A DNA stretch of 61,866 bases, counting the filler, from Nemertoderma westbladi (Eukaryota > Animalia > Xenacoelomorpha), in NCBI GenBank assembly GCA_032718475.1. It is 3 parts of 3 records of this genome, joined end to end, with 100 filler letters (N's around TTAATTAATTAA, not from the genome) between each part and the next. Parts side by side here need not be neighbours in the genome. Positions count along the whole stretch, not along the records: positions 19,865 to 50,200 come from JAUCBJ010007406.1; 2 more parts are not named here. The stretch is one strand, 5' to 3'. The translations under genes were made by a program, and so were the position numbers. The notes under the pieces are model-generated. The model ran no database searches, had not been told where the DNA came from, and worked only from the letters and a program-made list of their open reading frames with translations. This document shows positions 24,538 through 37,090 of the stretch, in pieces; the stretch's first letter is position 1, and every line of letters starts with the position of its first letter.

Positions 24538-25230
24538 TATCGAATCAATCCTTAATTAATTAATACCAAAACCTAACGAGAAATTAAGAACAACATATTT
24601 GGTGCTTTAGTGACCAGAGGGACTCAAAAGTCTTACTGTTACAGCAAGTGTGGTTTATATTTAGTCTTGTATTCATTTGATATAGGTTCTTAGAGGATGG
24701 TTTATTTGAATTATTGTGTATACCGTATATCTGCAGTTGGTACATACATTAGAAGATTAATTATAGCAATATGGAATATGACAACAAATGTTACACTGAT
24801 ACTGTATTTGGTCCTTTACTGTCCAGCCGCCAAAAGGGCTCAAAAATCTCACTGTGACAACAAGTGTGGTTTATTTTAGTCATGTATTCAATATGTAATA
24901 TTCAAATTATTTGAACTTGTGAAATATACTGTAGGCATAACGTCACACTTGTTTTAAACAACTGATCATAAACATTTTTGACAAACATACTAGGAATATT
25001 TTACTATAATCTAATACGATACGTTACTCACTCAAATCTATAATAATACAGTAATTATAATAGAACAAAAAACCTTACCGCATTTTTTTTTATTTCTTAA
25101 AATAATGTCCAATGCCATAACTAGGCTTCCCTGTAAATATAGAAATAAAGGGTTAATATTGACTTGCGGCGAGGTGTCCGATAATTTGAGGCGAAATGGT
25201 ATTTGCAGTGAGACACCCTATAGGTGGAGG

Positions 25231-25390
25231 CTATAGGTGGAGCCGATATGTATAAGGGTAAGCCGACCACTTGCGACTTACCCCCAGTTCACTGGGTCGA
25301 ATAGTCGCCTATATCTGTTTATACACGGCTCAACAGCCCAAGAGGTGGTCGGAAGAGTCGATTGGTCGGCAATGTCGGATCCACCTATAG
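25231..25390. mobile_element. Small MITE-like element
   Basis: Inverted ends ctataggtggagccga / tcggatccacctatag; an internal 46-bp segment is duplicated at ~25418-25464. Confidence 0.55.
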
Positions 25391-26107
25391 TCTACATATA
25401 AAGTTTTGGGGCGACCAGCCGACCACTTGCGACTTACTCTCAGTTCACTGGGTCGAATAGTCGCATCTATATACCTGTATAACATATATATATATAACTG
25501 TAGAGTAATATAATTATCATATAAACAGATAAATAGCAGAATACAGTAGTATTAGGCCTAGTAAATTTAGTACTTTATTAAGAAATTAATATTTAGTCGT
25601 ACAATAGGCTAAGCATTACACCAATCATATTGCCTAAAACGTGATAGTTATAGTTAATTAGACAAGAAGGCTTGTGATAGGCCGCGACCTGCATACTGGC
25701 TGCGACCATTAGCCGCCGAAAACGGGTCGAATGGGTTTTTGTTTTCGTTTCTAAACGATAGTCAATAGCACAGGTTACAGTTTATTTTTGCTATTTATTT
25801 TTGTATGTGCAAAACTTACCCAATGCATCATTGTTAAAACGTACCCAGTATTCGGGTACGTTTTAACCAGGGTACATTTTATAGGGAACAGAAGCGCGTA
25901 ACCAATCTGCCAATAACCAACTAGGCCTATGTGACATTACCCTAACAGAAACCTACTTCTGTTAGACTTGAGTATTGGAGTAACCGGTTTATGAAACAGT
26001 GAAAAGTTATGATCAAGTGCATTGTATAAATACATAGGTACGACATACCGGTACTGACTGTATGTTAAATTGAAGCATTTCTTCTCACAACTTTAACGCC
26101 TTTTGTA

Positions 26108-28342
26108 ATGCTGACGACAGTCCTGTCTGGGTTGATTTCTTTAATTACTATTGGTGTTCTTGCAGCAATATTTGGGATAAATTTGGTCAAATATGTCTAC
26201 AAGTTCATATCACGCTGCAATCGGGCGGTAAAACATCTACCCATATCCCAAAATGAACAGATTCTCGATGAAGAAATTAGAATTCTCTGCGATTTGATAA
26301 ATAATAATTATATAAACTCTTGGAGTGATGATGTATTCGTTGACGACGGTGTTACCAATAGTATTCGCTTTGTAGTTCGTGATTTCATAAAAAATATTTC
26401 GAAAACCATTATTAATTGCGACATACAAGTGGTTTCAAGAAAAGTAATCAACCATTACATTAACTTTCTTAGACAAATCTTGGATGGAAAAAAGGCGAGT
26501 TTGGTTTATTTGGAAGACTTTTTGGGGCAGGAAGATGGTGAAACTAATCCGAGGTTAGACATTACGCGGTTCTTTAATCAGGAATTACTTAGTGACGGAA
26601 CTCGAGATGAATATTTGAGAGGAATAATTAAAAAACTTACTGGCAAATACACAGCAGATGGAGAAGACTGTGACACGGTTTGTCGTCTTCTCGGGGAAGT
26701 TCTTCTATCGAATCTTGTATTACCGTTGCTGGATTTACTCTGCGATCCAAAATTCATTTATAAATTTATAGTAAATGTTATCGGGGATAATGAAACAGTT
26801 GAGTTTGATTACCTTAACGCGCCTCTTACCGACTACAAACTTGTTCGCAGTCAATCAATTATATCTAAATCTCGCAGTCAATCAGTGTGCGAGCCGCAGT
26901 TTATTCTGGAGGCTTTTCGCGATCGTTTTGGCGATGGGTCCGTCGACAATACCGACAGTAACCCAAGCAAACTTCCCATAGACGGAGTTCTAGTTAAACC
27001 TTATAGGTTTGATTCGGCGAGTTCCTACGAAGAATGGTCCGTCTGTCCGGTGGAGGAGAGGCAAGCAGACGAGCCAACGAGATCCTCAGAGAGAGTGGAG
27101 GGAGATGAGAGTCGCGAATCGGATGTCATCAGCTCATCGTCAGCTGATGACGACGAAAAAAACGCTTTATTCTCCGAGAACCAGAGGTTTATTTCTTTGT
27201 GGGGCGAAGTTGATTCGAAAGATAACGGTGAAAATTTTATGTTTATACAAATAAATATCTCGAAGACGGAGTTACATCAAGAACCACGCAGTCAGAAATA
27301 TTACACGATGTATCTCATCGGTTTCGAGGTTCTAGTCGATTCGTTACAATTCGAGAAAGGTAAAGTAAAGCGGAGATACCGGGAGTTTATTGCGTTACAT
27401 TCGCGTCTAGTTCGCGATCCGACTTACAAGATCATCCTAAACAGAGTGAAATACCCATCCCGCATGGGAAGTTTCATCGAAATGAATAAAATACAGAAAC
27501 GAATCGCCGAATTGAATATTTACCTTCAGTTTCTCCTCGAGAATCCCCCGTTGAATCAGTCCGTGGTCCTTCAGGAATTCCTGGCCTACAGAGGCGACCC
27601 CTCCATCGCTTTCGTTACCGACCAACTCCCCCCGTTCGACATACCGAAGGTGTTCTCCGTACCCAAGCTCGTAGACAATCTCATTAAAGACGTCGGTACC
27701 TCCTTCCGAACCCATAGAACCGATATTATTCGCTCCAGACCCAACGATATCCAAACATTTATCACTAACGACACCAGAAATTACGATTTTGAACCTGAGA
27801 TTTATAAAGATGTCGATGAATCATTAACCGATAACAAGATAAACAAGAGATTATCACCTAATGTTGGTTTTCATCAACCTGCATTTTCTACCTACGATTA
27901 TTCAACTGATGTCGTCGCAGACGATATTATTAGAATCGCATTTCACTGTTTAACTTCGACCCAAATTCTCACAACTCCTTCTCGGGTAATCAATATTGTT
28001 TCCGTATTATTTTCAGAACTACTAGAAGTTGTTATTAGTTTGAAGATATCGTGGTTGTTCAGTTACCAACAATGGATTATCTACCTAAAGTCGTTGAGAT
28101 TCCTTATTTTCGGAGGGGGTCCCGCAGACTTACCTCGCAAGCTCGTTAGCGAAACGCAAATGAAATGTTTAGCAGTTGATACGCTGGTTGAATTGTTACC
28201 TCGGGTCGCCGTGTTCGGGTTGGGCCAAAGAATATGGAAGCCTTTATTCAGTTTAATTGTCGATTCATTTAGTGATGAAAAACTTAATAGAATTCTAATA
28301 TTAGAAATATTATCCATAATTACCGATAGTCTTGGCATCTAG
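26108..28342 (+). CDS. SNX19: PXA-PX-Nexin_C sorting nexin without RGS domain (SNX19-like), 744 aa, single ORF
   Basis: N-terminal TM; PXA-like LIN.NYINSW..RDEYLRGI..LLGEVLLSNLVLPLLDLLCDPKFI; PX motif VKRRYREFIALHSRL..RIAELNIYLQFLL..LQEFL; C-terminal QWIIYLKSLRFLIFG..LNRILIL. Confidence 0.82.
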   Translation: MLTTVLSGLISLITIGVLAAIFGINLVKYVYKFISRCNRAVKHLPISQNEQILDEEIRILCDLINNNYINSWSDDVFVDDGVTNSIRFVVRDFIKNISKTIINCDIQVVSRKVINHYINFLRQILDGKKASLVYLEDFLGQEDGETNPRLDITRFFNQELLSDGTRDEYLRGIIKKLTGKYTADGEDCDTVCRLLGEVLLSNLVLPLLDLLCDPKFIYKFIVNVIGDNETVEFDYLNAPLTDYKLVRSQSIISKSRSQSVCEPQFILEAFRDRFGDGSVDNTDSNPSKLPIDGVLVKPYRFDSASSYEEWSVCPVEERQADEPTRSSERVEGDESRESDVISSSSADDDEKNALFSENQRFISLWGEVDSKDNGENFMFIQINISKTELHQEPRSQKYYTMYLIGFEVLVDSLQFEKGKVKRRYREFIALHSRLVRDPTYKIILNRVKYPSRMGSFIEMNKIQKRIAELNIYLQFLLENPPLNQSVVLQEFLAYRGDPSIAFVTDQLPPFDIPKVFSVPKLVDNLIKDVGTSFRTHRTDIIRSRPNDIQTFITNDTRNYDFEPEIYKDVDESLTDNKINKRLSPNVGFHQPAFSTYDYSTDVVADDIIRIAFHCLTSTQILTTPSRVINIVSVLFSELLEVVISLKISWLFSYQQWIIYLKSLRFLIFGGGPADLPRKLVSETQMKCLAVDTLVELLPRVAVFGLGQRIWKPLFSLIVDSFSDEKLNRILILEILSIITDSLGI

Positions 28343-28852
28343 AAGATGTCAAAACCGCAGTTACGTTAATTATTTATAATATAATTATAATGTAATATAT
28401 TAATTAATAACGGGAAACATCTAATTTTATAGTTGAAAGAAACCGATGATCATAAATATACTAAGAATATTTTAATTTCCTTGATATCTTAACCCCTTTG
28501 AGTGATATTATTAAAGGAGTTATATAAGCATATATAGGCCCTACATATTTTTCAATTCCATTTTCCAAATGTTATCAGTAACAATGGCAAGAGAAACAAA
28601 CCTGAATGGCCAGGACGTAATTGATTGTAACTACATAATAAACTTAGTGGAATATATGCTTGTCGCCATCGTTACAGGATTTCAACCAATCCATAAAGTT
28701 CATAATGTCACCCATTATCAAGGAAACAACTGACGTGCTGAAAACTGAATTTAAATATTTGATTTAAAAAAAGAGAACAGTAGAGTAATAATTTTTGTAG
28801 AATTGTTTATAGGTCCTACTACAGTATGAATATTTCCTTTAAACGAATTTAA

Positions 28853-29102
28853 CACTGGGTAGCTCAGTTGGCTGAGCGCCGTGCCCGCAATCTAATGGTT
28901 GTAGGTTCGAGCCCCGCCAGTGTCCACCCAACCCATCCTTTTATCCACTGGGGTCGATAAAATGAGTACAGGTTGAATTACAGGGAGCAAAGCAAACCTT
29001 GGGATAGGAGTAGCGCCCACCTCTAACTTCGTGTAGCAGCCATGGGAAGAGGAGCCTTCGGGTCGCCTCCGGCCTCAGCCGACTGTTTGCTTACTTGCTA
29101 CT
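28853..29102 (+). mobile_element. tRNA-derived SINE with Nin-like central domain
   Basis: Head gtagctcagttgg..ggttcgagcccc, central ccttttatccactggggtcgataaaatgagtac, tail gggataggagtagcgccc..gagccttcgggtcgcc..ttactt; partial second copy at ~43231-43353 (-). Confidence 0.8.
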
Positions 29103-29564
29103 AAGAATATGAATAAAAAAATGGTTGGTTGTAGCTAATTTTAACAAAATCGTAAGATTAGCCAAATAAATAGAAAATCGTTGATCCTACACCGGGGACG
29201 GTATAGCTAATGACACTGATTAATTAAAATATTATATTTTATCATTGGAGCTCTGCTCGGGTTCCTGAGCTGTTATTAGTTTGTGGCTGGCTGGGTAGAA
29301 TGTTTGAACGCTAATAAGTCGGTCAATCATGGATGAAATGGAAACCTACTTGGTACACATATAGTCTACCAAAGGTTTAGAAATTCTACACAAAGACTTC
29401 TATAGTTCATCTGTCTGTAAATTCCGCCACATTACTTATCCTCCCATCTTAAAAGTTGTGTAATAATATTAAACCATAATAATATATTATTTAAAAGCAT
29501 AACAAATGAAACCACCCCAGTCTGTAGTGGTTCTCCACCCCACCCGGCGATAAAGACCTGGAGG

Positions 29565-32500
29565 CGGGCAGCGGTGCCCCACCGCCCCCGCCTGCAGCGG
29601 TGCCCCACCACCAATGTCTGCAGCGGTGCCCCACCGCCTATGTCTGCAGCGGTGCCCCACCACCTATGTCTGCAGCGGTGCCCCAACGCCCATGTCTGCA
29701 GCGGTGCCCCAACACCCCCGCCTGCAGCGGAGCCCCACCGCCTATGTCTGCAGCGGTGCCCCACCGCCCCCGCCTGAGGCGGTGCCCCACCACCCATGTC
29801 TGCAGCGGTGCCCCACCACCCCCGCCTGCAGCGGTGCCCCACCACCCATGTCTGCAGCGGTGCCCCACCACCCCCGCCTGCAGCGGTGCCCCACCGCCTA
29901 TGTCTGCAGCGGTGCCCCACCGCCTATGTCTGCAGCGGTGCCCCACCGCCCCCGCCTGCAGCGGTGCCCCATCACCCCCGCCTGCAGCGGTGCCCCACCG
30001 CCCATGTCTGCAGCGGTGCCCCACCACCAATGTCTGCAGCGGTGCCCCACCGCCCCCGCCTGCAGCGGTGCCCCACCGCCTATGTCTGCAGCGGTGCCCC
30101 ACCACCCCCGCCTGCAGCGGTGCCCCACCACCCATGTCTGCAGCGGTGCCCCACCACCCCCGCCTGCAGCGGTGCCCCACCGCCTATGTCTGCAGCGGTG
30201 CCCCACCGCCCCCGCCTGCAGCGGTGCCCCACCGCCTATGTCTGCAGCGGTGCCCCACCGCCCCCGCCTGCAGCGGTGCCCCCATCACCCCCGCCTGCAG
30301 CGGTGCCCCACCGCCCATGTCTGCAGCGGTGCCCCACCACCAATGTCTGCAGCGGTGCCCCACCACCCATGTCTGCAGCGGTGCCCCACCGCCCATGTCT
30401 GCAGCGGTGCCCCACCACCAATGTCTGCAGCGGTGCCCCACCATCAATGTCTGCAGCGGTGCCCCACCGCCCATGTCTGCAGCGGTGCCCCACCACCAAT
30501 GTCTGCAGCGGTGCCCCACCACCAATGTCTGCAGCGGTGCCCCACCATCAATGTCTGCAGCGGTGCCCCACCGCCCATGTCTGCAGCGGTGCCCCACCAC
30601 CCATGTCTGCAGCGGTGCCCCACCACCCCCGCCTGCAGCGGTGCCCCACCGCCTATGTCTGCAGCGGTGCCCCACCGCCCCCGCCTGCAGCGGTGCCCCA
30701 TCACCCCCGCCTGCAGCGGTGCCCCACCGCCCATGTCTGCAGCGGTGCCCCACCACCAATGTCTGCAGCAGTGCCCCACCGCCCCCGCCTGCAGCGGTGC
30801 CCCACCGCCTATGTCTGCAGCGGTGCCCCCATCACCCCCGCCTGCAGCGGTGCCCCACCGCCCATGTCTGCAGCGGTGCCCCACCGCCCATGTCTGCAGC
30901 GGTGCCCCACCACCAATGTCTGCAGCGGTGCCCCACCATCAATGTCTGCAGCGGTGCCCCACCGCCCATGTCTGCAGCGGTGCCCCACCACCCATGTCTG
31001 CAGCGGTGCCCCACCACCCCCGCCTGCAGCGGTGCCCCACCGCCTATGTCTGCAGCGGTGCCCCACCGCCTATGTCTGCAGCGGTGCCCCACCGCCTATG
31101 TCTGCAGCGGTGCCCCACCGCCTATGTCTGCAGCGGTGCCCCACCGCCCCCGCCTGCAGCGGTGCCCCATCACCCCCGCCTGCAGCGGTGCCCCACCGCC
31201 CATGTCTGCAGCGGTGCCCCACCACCAATGTCTGCAGCGGTGCCCCACCGCCCCCGCCTGCAGCGGTGCCCCACCGCCTATGTCTGCAGCGGTGCCCCAC
31301 CACCCCCGCCTGCAGCGGTGCCCCACCACCCATGTCTGCAGCGGTGCCCCACCACCCCCGCCTGCAGCGGTGCCCCACCACCAATGTCTGCAGCGGTGCC
31401 CCACCACCCACACCCATGTCTGCAGCGGTGCCCCACCAGCAATGTCTGCAGCGGTGCCCCACCGCCCATGTCTGCAGCGGTGCCCCACCACCAATGTCTG
31501 CAGCGGTGCCCCACCACCAATGTCTGCAGCGGTGCCCCACCGCCCCCGCCTGCAGCGGTGCCCCACCGCCCCCGCCTGCAGCGGTGCCCCACCACCCATG
31601 TCTGCAGCGGTGCCCCACCACCCCCGCCTGCAGCGGTGCCCCACCACCCATGTCTGCAGCGGTGCCCCACCACCCCCGCCTGCAGCGGTGCCCCACCGCC
31701 TATGTCTGCAGCGGTGCCCCCCCGCCTGCAGCGGTGTCCCATCACCCCCGCCTGCAGCGGTGCCCCACCGCCCATGTCTGCAGCGGTGCCCCACCACCAA
31801 TGTCTGCAGCGGTGCCCCACCGCCTATGTCTGCAGCGGTGCCCCACCACCCCCGCCTGCAGCGGTGCCCCACCACCCATGTCTGCAGCGGTGCCCCACCA
31901 CCCCCGCCTGCAGCGGTGCCCCACCGCCTATGTCTGCAGCGGTGCCCCACCGCCCCCGCCTGCAGCGGTGCCCCACCACCCCCGCCTGCAGCGGTGCCCC
32001 ACCGCCTATGTCTGCAGCGGTGCCCCACCGCCCCCGCCTGCAGCGGTGCCCCCATCACCCCCGCCTGCAGCGGTGCCCCACCGCCCATGTCTGCAGCGGT
32101 GCCCCACCGCCCATGTCTGCAGCGGTGCCCCACCACCAATGTCTGCAGCGGTGCCCCACCACCAATGTCTGCAGCGGTGCCCCACCGCCCATGTCTGCAG
32201 CGGTGCCCCACCACCAATGTCTGCAGCGGTGCCCCACCACCAATGTCTGCAGCGGTGCCCCACCGCCCATGTCTGCAGCGGTGCCCCACCACCCATGTCT
32301 GCAGCGGTGCCCCACCGCCCATGTCTGCAGCGGTGCCCCACCACCAATGTCTGCAGCGGTGCCCCACCACCAATGTCTGCAGCGGTGCCCCACCGCCCAT
32401 GTCTGCAGCGGTGCCCCACCACCAATGTCTGCAGCGGTGCCCGACCACCCATGTCTGCAGCGGTGCCCCACCACCAATGTCTGCAGCGGTGCCCCACCAC

Positions 32501-32665
32501 CAATGTCTGCAGCGGTGCCCCACCGCCCATGTCTGTAGCGGTGCCCCACCACCAATGTCTGCAGCGGTGCCCCACCACCAATGTCTGCAGCGGTGCCCCA
32601 CCGCCCCCGCCTGCAGCGGTGCCCCACCGCCCATGTCTGCAGTGGTCCTTCACCACCCCTCTGCA
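29565..32665. repeat. ~3.1-kb GC-rich 26-bp minisatellite (~119 units)
   Basis: Constant CTGCAGCGGTGCCCCACC plus a variable 8-mer (GCCCATGT, GCCTATGT, ACCAATGT, ACCCATGT, GCCCCCGC, ACCCCCGC, ATCAATGT). Confidence 0.98.
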
Positions 32666-33526
32666 GTTGAGCTTCGCGATGTCTTATTATTTGATGAAAC
32701 AATAAATTATTATTATATTAAATAATACTAATATTATTAATTGGGGAACATTCACAACAAAATACAAGAATGTACCAAACTGCAGCAAGTTAAACATGAA
32801 TTATCGCACAAACAAACATCGTACCATTTAGTAGAGGTAATGCTATTTATTGGTTTAGATAATAAACAGTTTATTTTATAAAGATTTAAACCCCGTCATC
32901 ATTACTTACCAGTCTCTAAGCAGTTTTATTACGTATAGTTCATGATGATATAGATTACATTTGATCTTGAAACCCGCTTGAAACCTTTTCTACCCGCACT
33001 TTTCAATTTATTGAAAAAGGTCCCAGAATAGAAATAAACGGCGTTGTTCACGTGGAAATCCGATAAATAAATATGTAAAATTATTGAATTTAAGAAAACA
33101 TTGTAATGGTTGGATTAATGTGTAAAAAACAAGTCTACTGTTAGTAGTGAGAGTCCAAGAAGAAATAGCTAAATTTATTGAATTTCTTCGTGAATTGTTT
33201 TAAACATATCCAGAAATCGGCCATTAGGAAATCTGCTAAAATTGTACAATAAGTTGATATATCGGTATCTAGAAGTATATGCGATAAATGAGGCCAATAT
33301 ATATTTATACAATTGAACTATTTACTAGGAAATGTTAAATATCAGTTAATGTTAGGGAAGATTGTTGGAAACTACAAGATGTGGTCGAGAACAAATTGTT
33401 ACCCCCCCCCCCCCCCCCCCCCCCATGACAGTATTTTAACTATAAAATTAAAACACCAACGTTGAAACATCAAATTATAACATAACATTAAATTAATTAA
33501 TTGATTGAGAATAATTATCCCTCGTC

Positions 33527-34207
33527 CTAATCTAAAAACTTTCTGTTGGGATTATCGCCGAACAGAATACATCTCATCTCGGGGGCCATCTGTCGTTGCA
33601 CGAGTTCCAACCGCGACTCCAACGTGTTAACCACTCGTAGTCGACCTTCCCGCGAATACGCCTCGATACCCCCAGATGCGTTGGCCCCCAGAAACTCCTG
33701 ACTATCTACTGACACCTTGATTCCAAGTTTAGTAGATTTCTTGTACTCGGCCTCGCAGACAGGCGCCACCTGTTTCACTATAGACAGATCCTCCTGCCGA
33801 CACACCAACACCACGGCCGGCTCCAGCAGTTGGCACAGCGCCTGACTAATAAGACCCTTTAGCAACAACTTGTACTGCTCCTTATTCTTGGTAGTGTCAG
33901 CCAATCTGAGTCGAGCTTTCTCCGTTATGGCTTCTACATGTTCCTCCCTGGCTTTTAAAGTTTTCAGTCTTCCCTGATTAAGGAGGTGGGATTGTTGTAT
34001 TTTCTTCTGCAGTTCAATATGTTTCTCTTTCTTTTCGTATTGTTCCATTATCTTCACTCGCTGCATTTGAACCAACTTCCCCTTCTCAATGTCGAACTCT
34101 TCTTCAGCCTTCGCATTAATTTCCTCTACTTTCTCACGCGCCTCCTGATCAATAAAATCCACCATGTGTTTGATCTGACGATGGACTTCAGCATCATTTA
34201 ACGCCAT
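33527..34207 (-). CDS. ATP6V1E1: V-type proton ATPase subunit E, 226 aa, intronless
   Basis: MALNDAEVHRQIKHMVDFIDQEAREKVEEINAKAEEEFDIEKGKLVQ..NTLESRLELV..LFGDNPNRKFLD; full length. Confidence 0.97.
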   Translation of the reverse strand: MALNDAEVHRQIKHMVDFIDQEAREKVEEINAKAEEEFDIEKGKLVQMQRVKIMEQYEKKEKHIELQKKIQQSHLLNQGRLKTLKAREEHVEAITEKARLRLADTTKNKEQYKLLLKGLISQALCQLLEPAVVLVCRQEDLSIVKQVAPVCEAEYKKSTKLGIKVSVDSQEFLGANASGGIEAYSREGRLRVVNTLESRLELVQRQMAPEMRCILFGDNPNRKFLD

Positions 34208-35179
34208 TATGGTAAATTATATTAATATTTATTATTCCAGAAGAAAAATGAAGGTTTATCAGTTTATATTACAGTTATAACAAACCGGTAATACAATTCA
34301 GCAGTTTTACCGGTATATTCTATAGAATTGAGATAATACAAGAGAGACTCTTTACTTTATTACAGTCTGACAGTCTGACAGTAGCAGAGTATTATTCGGA
34401 ACATTGCAAATTAGGAACTCATTGTTTACTGGTCAGCCAGGGTGAAGGTGTAGTTATAATTCTATAATTTCAAGTGAATTTAACTTTTTTAAATTCAACT
34501 TTTATTGTTGAAACATGTCCATGTCCCCAATCAGCAATTTATATTTTGATATAAATGATATTATTTTATATGTTATAAAATTCCGGTTTGGGGGGCACTG
34601 AAGCACTAAAAAACGCATGTGTCTAAAACACTTGTCTGGCTGTCTGGTGGGAAAACACTTAGAAAATTGTTCTCATATTCATTTCTACATTGTCTGATTG
34701 TCTGTCAGTCTGTCTATATATGAAAAGACTCTGATATTTTTCTCAAAATTCCCGGTTTCCTCGCAAAAACACCTGGAAAAAAACGTGAAATTTTTTTCAC
34801 AATCTTTACCCTATTCAAAATTTTTTTTCGAATATTTATTAGGGGGCTACCCCGTCTGCCCGTAGGCAGGTAGGCCTACTGCATTCTACCGCTATTTATG
34901 AAAAGACTCTGATATTTTTCTCAAATTTCCCGGTCTCCTCCAGTCCTCGGGAAATAGCGGGAAAAAATAAAAATTTTCACAAAAATTGTAAAGGTTTTAG
35001 ATAAACAGACAAACATGGTTTTCTCAATCAATATTTTTATTATACATAACCTGATAACAGCATAATCTGCTGATCTGAGAATAATAAAATAGAAATACCG
35101 GTAGGCCTACCGGTACTAAGTGCTAAGCAATCACACAGTCAGACAATACAAAGCATGCAAATTAATTTCCCCGTTTTTT

Positions 35180-35470
35180 TAGGGAAAGGAGCAGGTTACA
35201 TTGGCAGGCTATTCCAATCCAACCAAAACAATAAACTGTCACTTTATACTTTATACCAATTGTGGGAAAGGAGCAGGTTGCAGAGGCGGGCTTTTCTAAC
35301 AAAAACAATAAACAATCTCTTTACCAAATCCCACTGCAAAACAATAGGCCTATGCAATAAACAGCCACTTTACCAATTGAGGGAAAGGAGCAGGTTACAG
35401 ATGCGGGCTTTTCTAACCAAAACAATAAACGATCACTTACAGAGATACAGACTTACTAATTGAGGAAAGG
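35180..35470 (+). repeat. Cluster of the GGGAAAGGAGCAGGTTACAGAGGC family
   Basis: Three to four units ~85-115 bp apart. Confidence 0.75.
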
Positions 35471-36725
35471 GAAACCATATGGCATATCAGCATATGGCTG
35501 TATGGTCAGACAGTTGGTAGAAAAAATGTTAATGAAAAAAATTGTAAAAAGGCGTTTCATAAAATACAAGCGGTACCGGTAGGTACCGTACAGCCGTATA
35601 CCGGTACAGGTATAGGCCTATATACATGATGCATGATATAAGGAAATATATTATAAAGCAGATAGGCCTAAGTCAGTAAGTGTTTTACATTTTAAACAGT
35701 TAAAGGGACGGGGCAGCGGGGACGGAGCCAACATGTGACATGAGTCTTTCAGTGTGTGGTCTGAGACTACATCTAATGGACTGTTGGTCGTGTTGGACAT
35801 GTTGCCAGGTTGTGTTTATACACCTGTACACCAATCTGCCAATACTGGTGAACCGGTACAATAAATAACTGTTGACAATAATGGGCTGATAGGCCTACTG
35901 CAGTTGTTAAAAATTCAGTGCCCGTGAAACCAGAAAGAGCCCATTTTACTGGTCAGCTGGTAGAAACTTTTCATAGTGAACATTTTGAAAAAAATAAACG
36001 CAGACAAGCACATTCCAGCATTCAGACATTCGGATAGTACAGGCTGACAGGGGTAGGCAATTAGGCATAAGCCTGTAAGCACGGTGCACGGTGCGGTAAG
36101 AACTGAAGAAGGCAATTTGATATTATTGCGATTATTATACATACTGACATAGGCCTATTACCTGATTACTGTATTATCTATCAGTGGTACCGGCTGACCG
36201 GTAGGCGTAGGCCTATTATCAGATTATAGCAGTATAGTATAGTGTTTGAAGGAAGAGCAGAAGAGAGAAAGAGCTGGGACTTGGGGCGAATCGACTTGGA
36301 CAGTTGACTGATTCGCTCCACCTTCCAAGCCCATTCGCCCCAGACTGCCAGATGATATTATTGAATGGTTTACTAATATTCTTTTTAGGTACCGGTACAA
36401 TGATATTAGAAAGTGCAGAAGTACTGTACGAAATGATGAGATGACCAGAATAGTAATTCATTAACATTACATAACACGTTCGTGGGGACTTCGCGCAGCA
36501 CGTAGTCGGCAAGCCTTGGCATACGGTTCATATAGAGCAAATGGGGCATGTCTAGTTTGGACCCAATATCCCATGCTATAAATGTATTCATTCGATATAC
36601 AATCATATGTTAATCCGCTAGGTGGTGTCAAATTGTTATTCTGCAATTTCGTACTTACCAGTGCAGCACTGTAGGCCTACAGCAGTACCGTACCGGTAGG
36701 CCTATGTCATTACTCTTCTGAGTCT

Positions 36726-37090
36726 CTAGCGGATCCCCAATTAAATGTCTTAACTTTTCAATTTCGTAAAAGATAGACTTCATGATTCTCTACAAGCCAC
36801 CAAAATTTCAGCTCAGGAAAATGAGGCCTTCCCGAGAAATTTAACATTTTCTAAAAACCACATAATCTGTCGTAGCTGACGTCAGACTGCATGATTTTTC
36901 ACCAAACTTTACAAACTTTCTAAACTTTCTCTCTACTACTTACCTACTAAGTTTGGTTCAATTCCGAACCAGCGATGCAGAGAAATTTGCGTTCAAACAT
37001 TTACCAGACAGACAGACAGACAGACGGACATGCCCCATTTGCCCTATATGAACCGTATGCCAAGGCTCGCCGACTACGTGTCTCGCCCCA
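36726..37090 (-). mobile_element. Non-autonomous repeat resembling Helentron-associated (DINE/HINE-like) elements
   Basis: End gggcgagacacgtagtcggcgagccttggcatacgg followed by (GTCT)n; related ends at 36495-36552 and 57654-57800 (+). Family assignment is inferred. Confidence 0.5.

Noticed and set aside
28853-28922. Functional tRNA gene (also 20833-20893 and 24495-24537)
   Set aside because: Stems are imperfect, there is no T-run terminator, and the sequence continues into a SINE or repeat body.
29565-32665. CRISPR-like constant-plus-variable pattern (also 18474-18982 and 16081-16976)
   Set aside because: Variable parts are at most 8 nt and reused, there are no unique spacers or cas genes, and the context is eukaryotic.
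29432-32725. ~1000-aa Pro/Cys-rich ORFs and Gly-rich antisense ORFs
   Set aside because: They are by-products of a stop-free 26-bp tandem unit; all frames cycle through the same peptide and indels occur without frame constraint.
33401-33424. Poly-C/poly-G runs (also ~2102, 7872, 38353, 47775, 52685)
   Set aside because: Simple homopolymers with unreliable length and no consistent context.
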